From: Dehalococcoidia bacterium
Lineage (GTDB): Bacteria > Chloroflexota > Dehalococcoidia > UBA2979
DNA: 64,000 nucleotides
Assembly: GCA_965208885.1 (NCBI GenBank)
Contig: CBDBPS010000002.1
Location: 622,731-686,730, forward strand
Reading direction: 5' to 3'
The notes under the pieces were generated by a model, which did not search any database, was not told the origin of the DNA, and saw only the letters and a list, made by a program, of their open reading frames with translations. Below, in pieces: positions 53,129-61,097 of the stretch. Each line of letters starts with the position of its first letter. Position 1 is the first letter of the stretch. Both the position numbers and the translations under genes were made by a program.

Positions 53129-54304
53129 GTGACGCAGGAGCGAATCTGGCGGCTCGATGAGGAAGGCAAGCCGACGCCACTCGACGAAGCCAAGTACGAG
53201 AACGAAGACGCGCTACAAGAGTTGATCGCGAAGTATCCCGACGTGCTTGCGGGTGAACAGATGACGCCGGACGAGCCTCGCCGGTGGCTGCTGGTTCGCC
53301 GCGAGATGGGCATCGCCGACAGAGCCGAGTCTGGCGACCGTTGGTCTGTCGACCACCTTCTGATCGACCAGGACGCGGTCCCGACCCTCGTCGAGGCAAA
53401 ACTCGAAGACAATCCCGAGATCAGACGCAAGATCGTCGGGCAACTCCTCGAGTACGCCGCCCACGCGACTCGATATTGGACTATCGAGCAGGTCCGCCGT
53501 CTCTTCGAAGCAAAGCACGGAGGTGAGGAACTTGGACGCGCGCGGCTCGCCGAGTTCCTAGACGAGTCGGAACCGGAGGAGGATGCCTACGAGAAGTTCT
53601 GGGCGCGTGTGGACACCAACCTACGGGCTGACAACATCCGACTGTTGTTCGCTGTGGATCGGCTTCCCGATGAGCTGGCGCATGTCGTTGCCTTCCTGAA
53701 CCGGAACATGGACCACGTCGAAGTGCTGGCGGTGGAACTCCGGCAGTTCCGCTCACAAGGTGCCCACACGCTCGTCCCGCGCGTGGTCGGCGCTTCGGAT
53801 GGCCGCCGAGCCCGGTCGGGCGCTAGGCGCCGAACGCACACTTTGGAGACCCTGCTCGCCGAGTTCGCGGAGGGGCCGATCCGCGATGCCGTGCGCGAGT
53901 TGATCGAACGAGCGGAACGCTCGGGAGCGACGCTTGGATGGGGCTCGGCTGGAGCCAGCATCCGCGGGATGTGCCCAGCACGGCCCGGCCTGGTGACCAT
54001 TGCGTGGCTCTCGCCTCCCGGAAAGATGACCGGGATGACCACCTTCGACTTCTCGTTCGGTACGGCCATCCTGGACGATGCGGAGAGGCCGCCGGACCCG
54101 TCGCTCCGCGAGGCTCTCCTCAGATACGTGAGCCAGTTCGAGACGGATTCGTGGGCGCGCCATAACTCCGTGAGAGAGACCGTGTGGGAGGTCTCCCCAG
54201 AGCACGCGGCGGAGCACATCGGGATCCTCACCAGCCGCGTCGAGACGGTGCTGCGCGAACTGGCCGCCCTGTCTGCGCCGGCCGGGGAGCCCCCCTCACC
54301 CTAG
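53129..54304 (+). CDS. Hypothetical protein with an N-terminal PD-(D/E)xK (NucS/DUF91-like) nuclease-fold motif
   Basis: ...EDALQELIAKYPDVLAG...WLLVRREMGI...SVDHLLIDQDAVPTLVEAKLEDN...VGQLLEYAAH fits the D...(E)xK...Q..Y arrangement of NucS-like restriction-fold domains. The C-terminal ~270 aa are unassigned. GTG lies 4 nt after the ACAD stop. Confidence 0.45.
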   Translation: MTQERIWRLDEEGKPTPLDEAKYENEDALQELIAKYPDVLAGEQMTPDEPRRWLLVRREMGIADRAESGDRWSVDHLLIDQDAVPTLVEAKLEDNPEIRRKIVGQLLEYAAHATRYWTIEQVRRLFEAKHGGEELGRARLAEFLDESEPEEDAYEKFWARVDTNLRADNIRLLFAVDRLPDELAHVVAFLNRNMDHVEVLAVELRQFRSQGAHTLVPRVVGASDGRRARSGARRRTHTLETLLAEFAEGPIRDAVRELIERAERSGATLGWGSAGASIRGMCPARPGLVTIAWLSPPGKMTGMTTFDFSFGTAILDDAERPPDPSLREALLRYVSQFETDSWARHNSVRETVWEVSPEHAAEHIGILTSRVETVLRELAALSAPAGEPPSP

Positions 54305-54338
54305 CCCTCTCCCCCCACAGGGGGGGCGAGGGGACCAG
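54290..54338. repeat. Second copy of the 48-nt GC-rich repeat unit seen at 49957-50004
   Basis: CCCCCCTCACCCTAGCCCTCTCCCCCCACAGGGGGGGCGAGGGGACCAG compared with CCCCCCTCACCCTCACCCTCTCCCCCCACAGGGGGGCGAGGGGATCAG. It overlaps the last five codons and the stop of the 53129..54304 CDS. Confidence 0.6.
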
Positions 54339-54386
54339 ATCCCGCGCTGCCGCCACCGGCCGAGTAGCCCTCGATCGACGCACAGC

Positions 54387-54415
54387 AATCGGCCCGCCAT
54401 GACGGCGGGCCGATT
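54387..54415. terminator. Bidirectional terminator-like hairpin between convergent genes
   Basis: Perfect 12-bp stem AATCGGCCCGCC/GGCGGGCCGATT with a 5-nt loop. Confidence 0.5.
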
Positions 54416-54438
54416 CGCGTGTTGCCGAGGTCCCGGCG

Positions 54439-54948
54439 CTACGGGAAGGCCGGCCCCGGCGCCTGCCAGGGCTCGTGCTCCGGCGGCTCGTCCGAGAGGC
54501 GCCACTGCGGCAGCGCCCAGCCGTCGCCGAGGTCCACCATCTGGACCTCCACTCGCTTGCCGATCGCGACGTTGTTGAGGTCCTCGGAGATGCCCTCGGC
54601 CGTGACGATATTGCCGATCAGCCGCAGCGCACGGCCCTCGCCGTACTCCTCGCGTGCCTCGTCGAGCTCGATGAGCGCGACGATGTAGGGCACGAACTCG
54701 CGGAATGCGGGGTTAATCGGGTGCGGCACCATGTAGTACGAGTAGATCGCGCCCTTGCCCGAGAGGCCCTCCCACTCGGAGTCGAGCGAGCGGCAGTCGG
54801 GGCAGGCGGTCATGACCGGGTAGCGGAGGTGCCCGCAGTCCGAGCATTTCTGCACGTGGAGTTGGCCCGTCGCCTGCATCTGCAGGTACTCGCGGTGTGG
54901 CTGGTCGTTCTCCGGCACGAATACGCCGGCGCCCAGGTATGAAGCCAT
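54439..54948 (-). CDS. DUF35 OB-fold / zinc-ribbon protein (partner of the thiolase-like protein)
   Basis: Zn-ribbon CSDCGHLRYPVMTACPDC followed by an OB-fold region (GKGAIYSYYMV...). It lies directly downstream of the thiolase-like gene. Confidence 0.8.
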   Translation of the reverse strand: MASYLGAGVFVPENDQPHREYLQMQATGQLHVQKCSDCGHLRYPVMTACPDCRSLDSEWEGLSGKGAIYSYYMVPHPINPAFREFVPYIVALIELDEAREEYGEGRALRLIGNIVTAEGISEDLNNVAIGKRVEVQMVDLGDGWALPQWRLSDEPPEHEPWQAPGPAFP

Positions 54949-54994
54949 CGTTGGTCTCCGTCTCTGCTTCGCGCGGTGTTCGCCTCGACCCTCG

Positions 54995-56248
54995 CTAGAC
55001 CTGGTTGGTCATCACGAGCGCGGAGCCCTGCGACGGCATGCCCCACCCGAGGTTGGCCGTGATCTGCGCGTTCTCGACCTGGCGGCAGTGTCCCTCGCTG
55101 TAGTCGTGGGAGTGCTCGCCGTCGGCCCAGTTCGGGCAGTAGTCGTCGACGGTGCCGCGCAGCTGGCGGACGTTCTCGACGACCATGTTCATCCCGTGCG
55201 TGTAGCCCTCGCAGAGGTGGCCGCCCGAGGGGTTGTTGGGTCTTGCCCCGCCGAGCTCGATGGTGCCGTTGGAGACGTACTCACCTCCCTCCCCGAAGTC
55301 GCAGAAGCCGTAGGCCTCCAGCTGGAAGAGCGCGGTGAAGGTGAACGCGTCGTACGAGCCGGTGATGTCCACCTCGTGCGGCTGCACGCCCGAGTTCGGC
55401 CACAGGATCTCGCGGCCGAAGACGCCGGCGTGGCGGTTGATCGGCCCGTAGCCCCAGTGGTACTCGGGACCGTACTTGTGGGTCCGGCCGGCCGTGCCGA
55501 GGATCGTCGCCGGCGTGTGCCGCAGCGACTTCGCACGCTCGATGTCGGTGATGACGATCGCCGTGGCGTTGTCGGTCTCGACGCAGCAGTGCAGCAGGCC
55601 GAACGGCCACACGATGAGGCGGCTGTTGAGCACGTCGTCCACCGTATAGCGCGTCTTGTAGTAGGCCTTCGGGTTGTTCGACGCGCCCTTGCTGTGCGCC
55701 ACCTTGACGTGCGCGAGCTGCTCCAGCGTCGTGCCGTACTCCCACATGTGGCGCACGAAGGAGAGCCCGAACATCTGGAGCGCGCTCCCGACGCCATAGA
55801 TGCCCTGGTGGATCATGCTGTTGGCGTGCGTCGTTGGGAACATCGGCGGAGGCGCGTCGCCGACGGGCGTGCCGCCGATGCGCGCCTCGGTGTAGCCGTT
55901 CATCGTGCGGTAGAGGATGAACGCGTCCGCGAGGCCGCCCTCGAGCGCGCCGATCGCCGCGCCGATCATCGTCTCGGTGGAGTTGCCGCCGCCGAAGATA
56001 TCGACGTGGTAGTCGAGCTGGATGCCGAGGTCCTGCGCGATCTGGTCCGAGAAGGCGCGGTCGTTGCTGCCGTACGCCATCATCCCCCAGCTGGTGGAGT
56101 CCCACTCCAGCCCGGAGTCGTGGACCGCGTTGCGGATCGCCTCGACGCCCATGCGGCGCGTGGTGCGCCCCGAGTTGCGGGAGAACTCGGTCTCACCGAC
56201 GCCGACGATCGCGTACTTTCCGCGAAGGTTGTTTACCGCCTTCGTCAT
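54995..56248 (-). CDS. Thiolase-like protein (SCP-x / lipid-transfer-type, DUF35-associated)
   Basis: MTKAVNNLRGKYAIVGVGETEFSR..., with the C-terminal thiolase-fold motifs GGHLCEGYTHGMN and ...NLGWG. ATG 56248 follows GGAGGAG. Confidence 0.85.
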   Translation of the reverse strand: MTKAVNNLRGKYAIVGVGETEFSRNSGRTTRRMGVEAIRNAVHDSGLEWDSTSWGMMAYGSNDRAFSDQIAQDLGIQLDYHVDIFGGGNSTETMIGAAIGALEGGLADAFILYRTMNGYTEARIGGTPVGDAPPPMFPTTHANSMIHQGIYGVGSALQMFGLSFVRHMWEYGTTLEQLAHVKVAHSKGASNNPKAYYKTRYTVDDVLNSRLIVWPFGLLHCCVETDNATAIVITDIERAKSLRHTPATILGTAGRTHKYGPEYHWGYGPINRHAGVFGREILWPNSGVQPHEVDITGSYDAFTFTALFQLEAYGFCDFGEGGEYVSNGTIELGGARPNNPSGGHLCEGYTHGMNMVVENVRQLRGTVDDYCPNWADGEHSHDYSEGHCRQVENAQITANLGWGMPSQGSALVMTNQV

Positions 56249-56442
56249 CGCTACTCCTCCGTCCGGCAGGTGTGTCCGGCCTGCCGCCTGCAATATAGCG
56301 AACGCTATAGCGCATCGGCGCCGTGGCGCCGGGTAATCCGGGTGTGCTGGACCGCGAAACGGCCCGTGGCCCTTCCCGTGCGGATCGATCCGGGCTATAC
56401 ATCGTGCGGAACAGGCGAACGCCGGAAGAATCGAGGTGGGGC

Positions 56443-57723
56443 ATGCCGGGACCGCTCGCGGGTATCAAGGTGTTCGAGGTATCGCAGATCGTGGCCGGGC
56501 CGTACGCCGGGCAGACGCTCGCGGACTTCGGGGCTGACGTAGTGAAGTGCGAGCCGCCGGGTGGCGAGGGCCTGCGCGTGCTGGGCGAGTTCGTGCCCGG
56601 CGAGAGCAAGGCGTTCCACACGCTCAACCGCGGCAAGCGCAGCCTGGTCCTGGACCTGAGCAACGAGGCCGGCCAGGCGGCGGTGCACCGGCTCATCCCG
56701 GAGTTCGACGTCTTCCTGATCAACTCGAGGCCCGGCGTGCCGCAGCGACTCAACGTGGACTACGAGACGCTGACTCGGTTCCGGCCGGACCTCGTCTACA
56801 TCGAGAACAGCGGCTACGGCGACCGCGGGCCCGGGGCCGAGCGCTCGGGCTCCGACATCATCGCCCAGGCGTACAGCGGCCTGATGGCCGCCGACGGCAA
56901 GGTGGACGAGTACGGCGCGCCGGAGATGATCACGGCCACCGCCCCCGGCGACTACCACGCCGGCCTTGGCGCAGCGCTCGGCGTGGTCGCGGCGCTCTTC
57001 CACCGCGAGCGCACAGGCGAGGGGCAGCACATCGCCAGCTCGCTGCTCGCGGCGGGGCTCAACCTGGCCAGCGGCTCGGTCAGCCAGCTCCCGGTGTTCG
57101 ACGCGATGGTCACGAACCCTGCGATGCAGCGCCTCTACGAGGCGCGCGATGCGGGCGCCAGCTACCAGGAGCAGCTTGCCGCCAAGGGCAACATGTTCGA
57201 GATGCTCGGCAAGGCGTTCCGGCTCTACTACGGCGGCTACAGCGTGAAGGACGGCGCGGTCATCCTGGGCGCGCTCACGCCGGCCAACCGCGACCAGTTC
57301 CGCCGCGCTCTCGGCGTCGAGGATGACCCGACGGCCGACCCGGAGTTCAACGCGCTGGACCCTGCGAACAATGCGATCGCCGAGGCGATGCTCGAGCGCG
57401 TCCGCAACGTCATGCTCACCAAGACGATGGACGAGTGGATCGCGGCGTTCGACGCCGTCGGCGCGCCGGCGTCGAAGGTGAACCACCCGGAGGAGATGGC
57501 CGACGACCCGCAGGTGAACGCCATGGGCTACATGGTCGACCTTGACCACGAGCTCACGGGGCCGGAGCGCATGGTCGGCCCGATCGTCCAGATGTCGAAG
57601 ACACCGACGGGCAACAACATGGCGTCGCCGACGCTGGGGCGGCACACCGACGAGATCCTGCAGGAGCACGGCTGGAACGACGAGGAGATCGCCGCGCTGC
57701 GCGCCGCGGGAGGCACCGACTAG
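56443..57723 (+). CDS. Family III CoA-transferase (CaiB/BaiF type)
   Basis: LAGIKVFEVSQIVAGPYAGQTLADFGADVVKCEPPGG is the typical N-terminal Rossmann motif. ...LGRHTDEILQEHGW is at the C-terminus. Confidence 0.9.
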   Translation: MPGPLAGIKVFEVSQIVAGPYAGQTLADFGADVVKCEPPGGEGLRVLGEFVPGESKAFHTLNRGKRSLVLDLSNEAGQAAVHRLIPEFDVFLINSRPGVPQRLNVDYETLTRFRPDLVYIENSGYGDRGPGAERSGSDIIAQAYSGLMAADGKVDEYGAPEMITATAPGDYHAGLGAALGVVAALFHRERTGEGQHIASSLLAAGLNLASGSVSQLPVFDAMVTNPAMQRLYEARDAGASYQEQLAAKGNMFEMLGKAFRLYYGGYSVKDGAVILGALTPANRDQFRRALGVEDDPTADPEFNALDPANNAIAEAMLERVRNVMLTKTMDEWIAAFDAVGAPASKVNHPEEMADDPQVNAMGYMVDLDHELTGPERMVGPIVQMSKTPTGNNMASPTLGRHTDEILQEHGWNDEEIAALRAAGGTD

Positions 57724-57809
57724 CCCCCGCACACGGCGCAAGACGTAACACGTAGAATGGGCGCGTCCCGGCGGAGTCGCCGGGGCGCTGATGAGAAACC
57801 GAGGACACG

Positions 57810-59036
57810 ATGGACTGGGCAGACAACGCAGAGCAGGCCGCGTTCCGCGCGGAGGTGCAGGCAGTCATCCGTGACGGCCTCCCGGAGCACTACCAGGAGG
57901 TAGCCAAGAAGGGCGGCGCGATGTTCGAGGAGGGCTGGTCCGCCGACCGCAAGTCGGACGACCCCACCCGCCGCGGCGCCGCCGAGGACTGGTCGCGCGC
58001 CCTCGCCGACCGCGGCTGGGTCGCCCCGCACTGGCCGAAGGAGTACGGCGGCGCGGGACTGAGCACGTGGGAGCAGTACATCTTCAAGGAGGAGCTGGCG
58101 AAGGCCGCCGCCCCGAGCGTCGGCGGCGGCGGAGTCTCGCTGCTCGGCCCCACGCTCATCGTGCACGGCACCGACGAGCAGAAGGCGTCCTACCTGCCGG
58201 GGATCCTCTCCGGCGAGGTCTCGTGGGCGCAGGGCTACTCCGAGCCGGGCGCAGGCTCGGACCTCGCTGGCCTGCAGACCCGCGCCCTGCGCGACGGTGA
58301 CGAGTTTGTCGTCAACGGCCAGAAGATCTGGACCTCAGGCGCGCAGTTCGCCGATAAGCTCTTCGCACTCGTGCGCACCGACCCGGACGCGCCGAAACAC
58401 CGCGGCATCTCGTTCCTGCTGTTCGACGACATCAAGTCGCCGGGGCTCACGGTGCGGCCGCTGATCAGCATGTCGTGGAAGCACATCTTCAACGAGACGT
58501 TCTTCGAGGACGTGCGCGTCCCCGCCCAGAACGTCGTCGGTGAGGAGAACCGCGGCTGGTACGTCGGCATGACCCTGCTCGACTACGAGCGCTCCTCGGT
58601 CGACAGCGCGGTCAACGACCGCGTGGCCATGGAGCAGCTCATGGCGTACGTGAAGACCGACGACGGCGCGGGCCGCAACCGCCTCGACATCCCGAGCGTG
58701 CGCGGTGACCTGGCCGACGCGTGGGTTGCCACCGAGGTCGCGGCGAACCTCTCGCTGCGTGTCGCCTCGATGCAGGGCGCGGGGCTGATCCCGAACTACG
58801 AGTCCTCGATGGTGAAGATGTTCGGCACGGAGACGATGCAGAAGCTCCAGCGCACCGGGACGCGCGTCTTCGGGCTCTACGCCAACCTCTGGGACCAGGA
58901 GCACGAGCTCACGCCGATGCGCGCGCGTTTCACGCACGGCTACGTCGACGCGATCCCGATGACGATCGCGGGCGGGAGCAGCGAGATCCAGCGCAACATC
59001 ATCGCCACGCGCGGCCTCGGGCTGCCTCGCAGCTAG
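57810..59036 (+). CDS. Acyl-CoA dehydrogenase family protein (fifth paralogue of the family)
   Basis: MDWADNAEQAAFRAEVQAVIRDGLP... and ...GGSSEIQRNIIATRGLGLPRS, collinear with the others. Confidence 0.9.
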   Translation: MDWADNAEQAAFRAEVQAVIRDGLPEHYQEVAKKGGAMFEEGWSADRKSDDPTRRGAAEDWSRALADRGWVAPHWPKEYGGAGLSTWEQYIFKEELAKAAAPSVGGGGVSLLGPTLIVHGTDEQKASYLPGILSGEVSWAQGYSEPGAGSDLAGLQTRALRDGDEFVVNGQKIWTSGAQFADKLFALVRTDPDAPKHRGISFLLFDDIKSPGLTVRPLISMSWKHIFNETFFEDVRVPAQNVVGEENRGWYVGMTLLDYERSSVDSAVNDRVAMEQLMAYVKTDDGAGRNRLDIPSVRGDLADAWVATEVAANLSLRVASMQGAGLIPNYESSMVKMFGTETMQKLQRTGTRVFGLYANLWDQEHELTPMRARFTHGYVDAIPMTIAGGSSEIQRNIIATRGLGLPRS

Positions 59037-59068
59037 TCCCACGCCGCACGGCGTCAGGCGCACGCACA

Positions 59069-59094
59069 ACGGCCCCGGCTCCCGCCGGGGCCGT
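59069..59094 (+). terminator. Intrinsic-terminator-like hairpin after ACAD paralogue 5
   Basis: 10-bp stem ACGGCCCCGG/CCGGGGCCGT with a 6-nt loop, followed by TTCGTT. Confidence 0.55.
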
Positions 59095-59295
59095 TTCGTT
59101 GGACTACATTCGTGGTGCCTGCGGACGCGACCCGGCGGGCGATCTGCCCGACCCACGAGCGGATCCGGGCCCGATCCGGGCGAATTCCTTACGGAAACAG
59201 GCGGAAACGGCCTGTAGGGACTAGCCATGAATGCGCATATGCGCGTAATCTTTTGCTGCCCGGGGGGAGCCCGGCGCGACGGGAAAGGATGAACA

Positions 59296-59589
59296 GTGAA
59301 CAAAGCAGACCTGATCGCGGAAGTAGCGGCGAAGTCCGGGGCGAGCAACGCCGAGACCGAGCGCGTCCTCAACGGATTCCGCGACGTCGTCGCCTCGTCC
59401 GTGAGCCTGGGGGACGAAGTGTCCTACCCGGGCCTCGGCAAGTTCAGCCGGGTAGAGCGTGGCGAGCGCATGGCGCGCAACCCCCGCACCGGCGAGTCGG
59501 TGGTGGTGCCGCCGTCGAGCGCGCCGAAGTTCACGGCGAGCTCCAAGCTCAAGGCGATCGTCTCCGGCAAGGAGCCCGCTCCCGCGTAG
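59296..59589 (+). CDS. hup: HU-family nucleoid-associated DNA-binding protein
   Basis: MNKADLIAEVAAKSG...GDEVSYPGLGKFSRVERGERMARNPRTGESVVVP is the canonical HU/IHF fold sequence. GTG start follows GGAAAGGA. Confidence 0.9.
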   Translation: MNKADLIAEVAAKSGASNAETERVLNGFRDVVASSVSLGDEVSYPGLGKFSRVERGERMARNPRTGESVVVPPSSAPKFTASSKLKAIVSGKEPAPA

Positions 59590-59610
59590 CCGTCACGCGA
59601 CGCAAATACA

Positions 59611-59642
59611 ACGGCGGCAGCGCTGCGAGGCGCTGCCGCCGT
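59611..59642. terminator. Terminator hairpin after hup (also faces the convergent GPP34 gene)
   Basis: 12-bp stem ACGGCGGCAGCG/CGCTGCCGCCGT with an 8-nt loop, followed by TTCT. Confidence 0.6.
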
Positions 59643-59691
59643 TTCTCGTGCCCGGGTACTCGGCCCGTTCGAGGAGGCCTCGAGGTTGGGC

Positions 59692-60345
59692 CTAGTAGTA
59701 CATCCGCGCCTGCACCGAGGCGGCCACGGACAGCTCGATGTCCAGGATTGCCCGGGTCATGGCCTGTGCGATGAGGTCCAGCTTGCGGACCTGCTCGATG
59801 CGCGGGGCGGCGCGTTCCAGCTCCTGCCGGGAGAGCAGGTCGCTGAAGATGCCACACGCCTCGGCGAGGGCGATGATCATGACGTCGCGGGGGCTGGGGA
59901 TCTCGTTGCTGAACAGCACACCCATGATGCGCAGCTTCACTTCGCGCTCGGCCGTGCCGTCGACGGCCGGGTAGCGCCGCGAGCGGAAGACCCAGAGGTG
60001 CCGGTCGTCGCGGCTCTCCAGGATGCCGCGCTGGACCAGCCGCGCGAGGGCTTCCTGGCGAATATCCGCCGAGCGCTGCGCGGTCTGCTCCACCCAGTAG
60101 CGAATGTCCTGCTGCCCGCCCGCCGAGATCTCTCGTAGCGTCGGGTCCAGCAGGTCGTCGCCGATCGGCGTGGCGTCGAGGAGGATCAGGTTTTCGAGGT
60201 CCGTATCGATACGGTCTTCCATCGCGAGGTCCATCAGGACGGCGCCGGCGAGGGCGTAGTCAAGGGTCCAACTGCGCGTGTGCGCGAACCTGCCGTCCTC
60301 GTCACCGAGCAGGAGCAAGATGATCTCTTCAGCGAACCGCAGCAT
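59692..60345 (-). CDS. GPP34/GOLPH3-family protein
   Basis: MLRFAEEIILLLLGDEDGRF....LDYALAGAVLMDLAMEDRI is the typical GPP34 N-terminus. Confidence 0.75.
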   Translation of the reverse strand: MLRFAEEIILLLLGDEDGRFAHTRSWTLDYALAGAVLMDLAMEDRIDTDLENLILLDATPIGDDLLDPTLREISAGGQQDIRYWVEQTAQRSADIRQEALARLVQRGILESRDDRHLWVFRSRRYPAVDGTAEREVKLRIMGVLFSNEIPSPRDVMIIALAEACGIFSDLLSRQELERAAPRIEQVRKLDLIAQAMTRAILDIELSVAASVQARMYY

Positions 60346-60491
60346 GGCCCTCGCCCCCTCCAGACGACGCGTCCGGCGCCTCTACCGCGCAAGTTTACTC
60401 GCTAGACGAGCTCAGGTCTCGCCGATATTGGTTTTGTACTACGCATGCCCGGGTCATCTGAGCGTACTCGCGTCCACGACGGTCGGCTGAG

Positions 60492-60908
60492 CTATTCCGG
60501 TTCGCAGTTGAACTGCCACCTGACGCCGAAGCGGTCAGTGCAGGCTCCGAAGTAGGCGCCCCAGAACATGTCCTCCAGGGGCATCGTCACCGTGCCGCCC
60601 TCGGCCATGCGGCCGAAGAGCTCATCGGTCTCCTCGCGGCTGCTCGGCATGCAGGAGATCGCGAAGTTGTTTCCCATCTGCGTCGGCTCGGGCGACCACG
60701 TAGGGGTATCGCTGCCCATCAGCACGCTATCGCCCATCGGGAGCGAGACGTGCATGACGTGCTCGCGCTCGTCCTCCGGGACGATGAAGTCGTCGGGCCC
60801 GTCCCCGAACGTCAGGAGGTTGTCGAACTCGCCGCCGAAGACGGAGCGGTAGAACTCGAACGCCTCCCGGCAGTTGCCGTTGAAGTTCAGTTGGATGCCG
60901 AGCGCCAT
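60492..60908 (-). CDS. VOC/glyoxalase-superfamily protein (PhnB-like)
   Basis: MALGIQLNFNGNCREAFEFYRSVFGGE...HVMHVSLPMGDSVLMGSD...FWGAYFGACTDRFGVRWQFN matches the PhnB/3-demethylubiquinone-methyltransferase-like VOC family. The internal ATG 60908 is chosen. Confidence 0.75.
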   Translation of the reverse strand: MALGIQLNFNGNCREAFEFYRSVFGGEFDNLLTFGDGPDDFIVPEDEREHVMHVSLPMGDSVLMGSDTPTWSPEPTQMGNNFAISCMPSSREETDELFGRMAEGGTVTMPLEDMFWGAYFGACTDRFGVRWQFNCEPE

Positions 60909-61097
60909 TGGTCCACCCCATCTGGTCAGCGTGTAGCAGGCAGGTCGCGTAGAAACACGATAGCGCGGTGGCGCGCTCTGATCAGGTCGGGCCGGGGCCG
61001 CCGAGGCTGTGACGATCAGGGGCGCTGTGCCACAGTGACCGCACTCGCGCGCCGCGCCCCGCGAGAGGCGCCTTCGATCGTGACAAGGGTGACTCGA

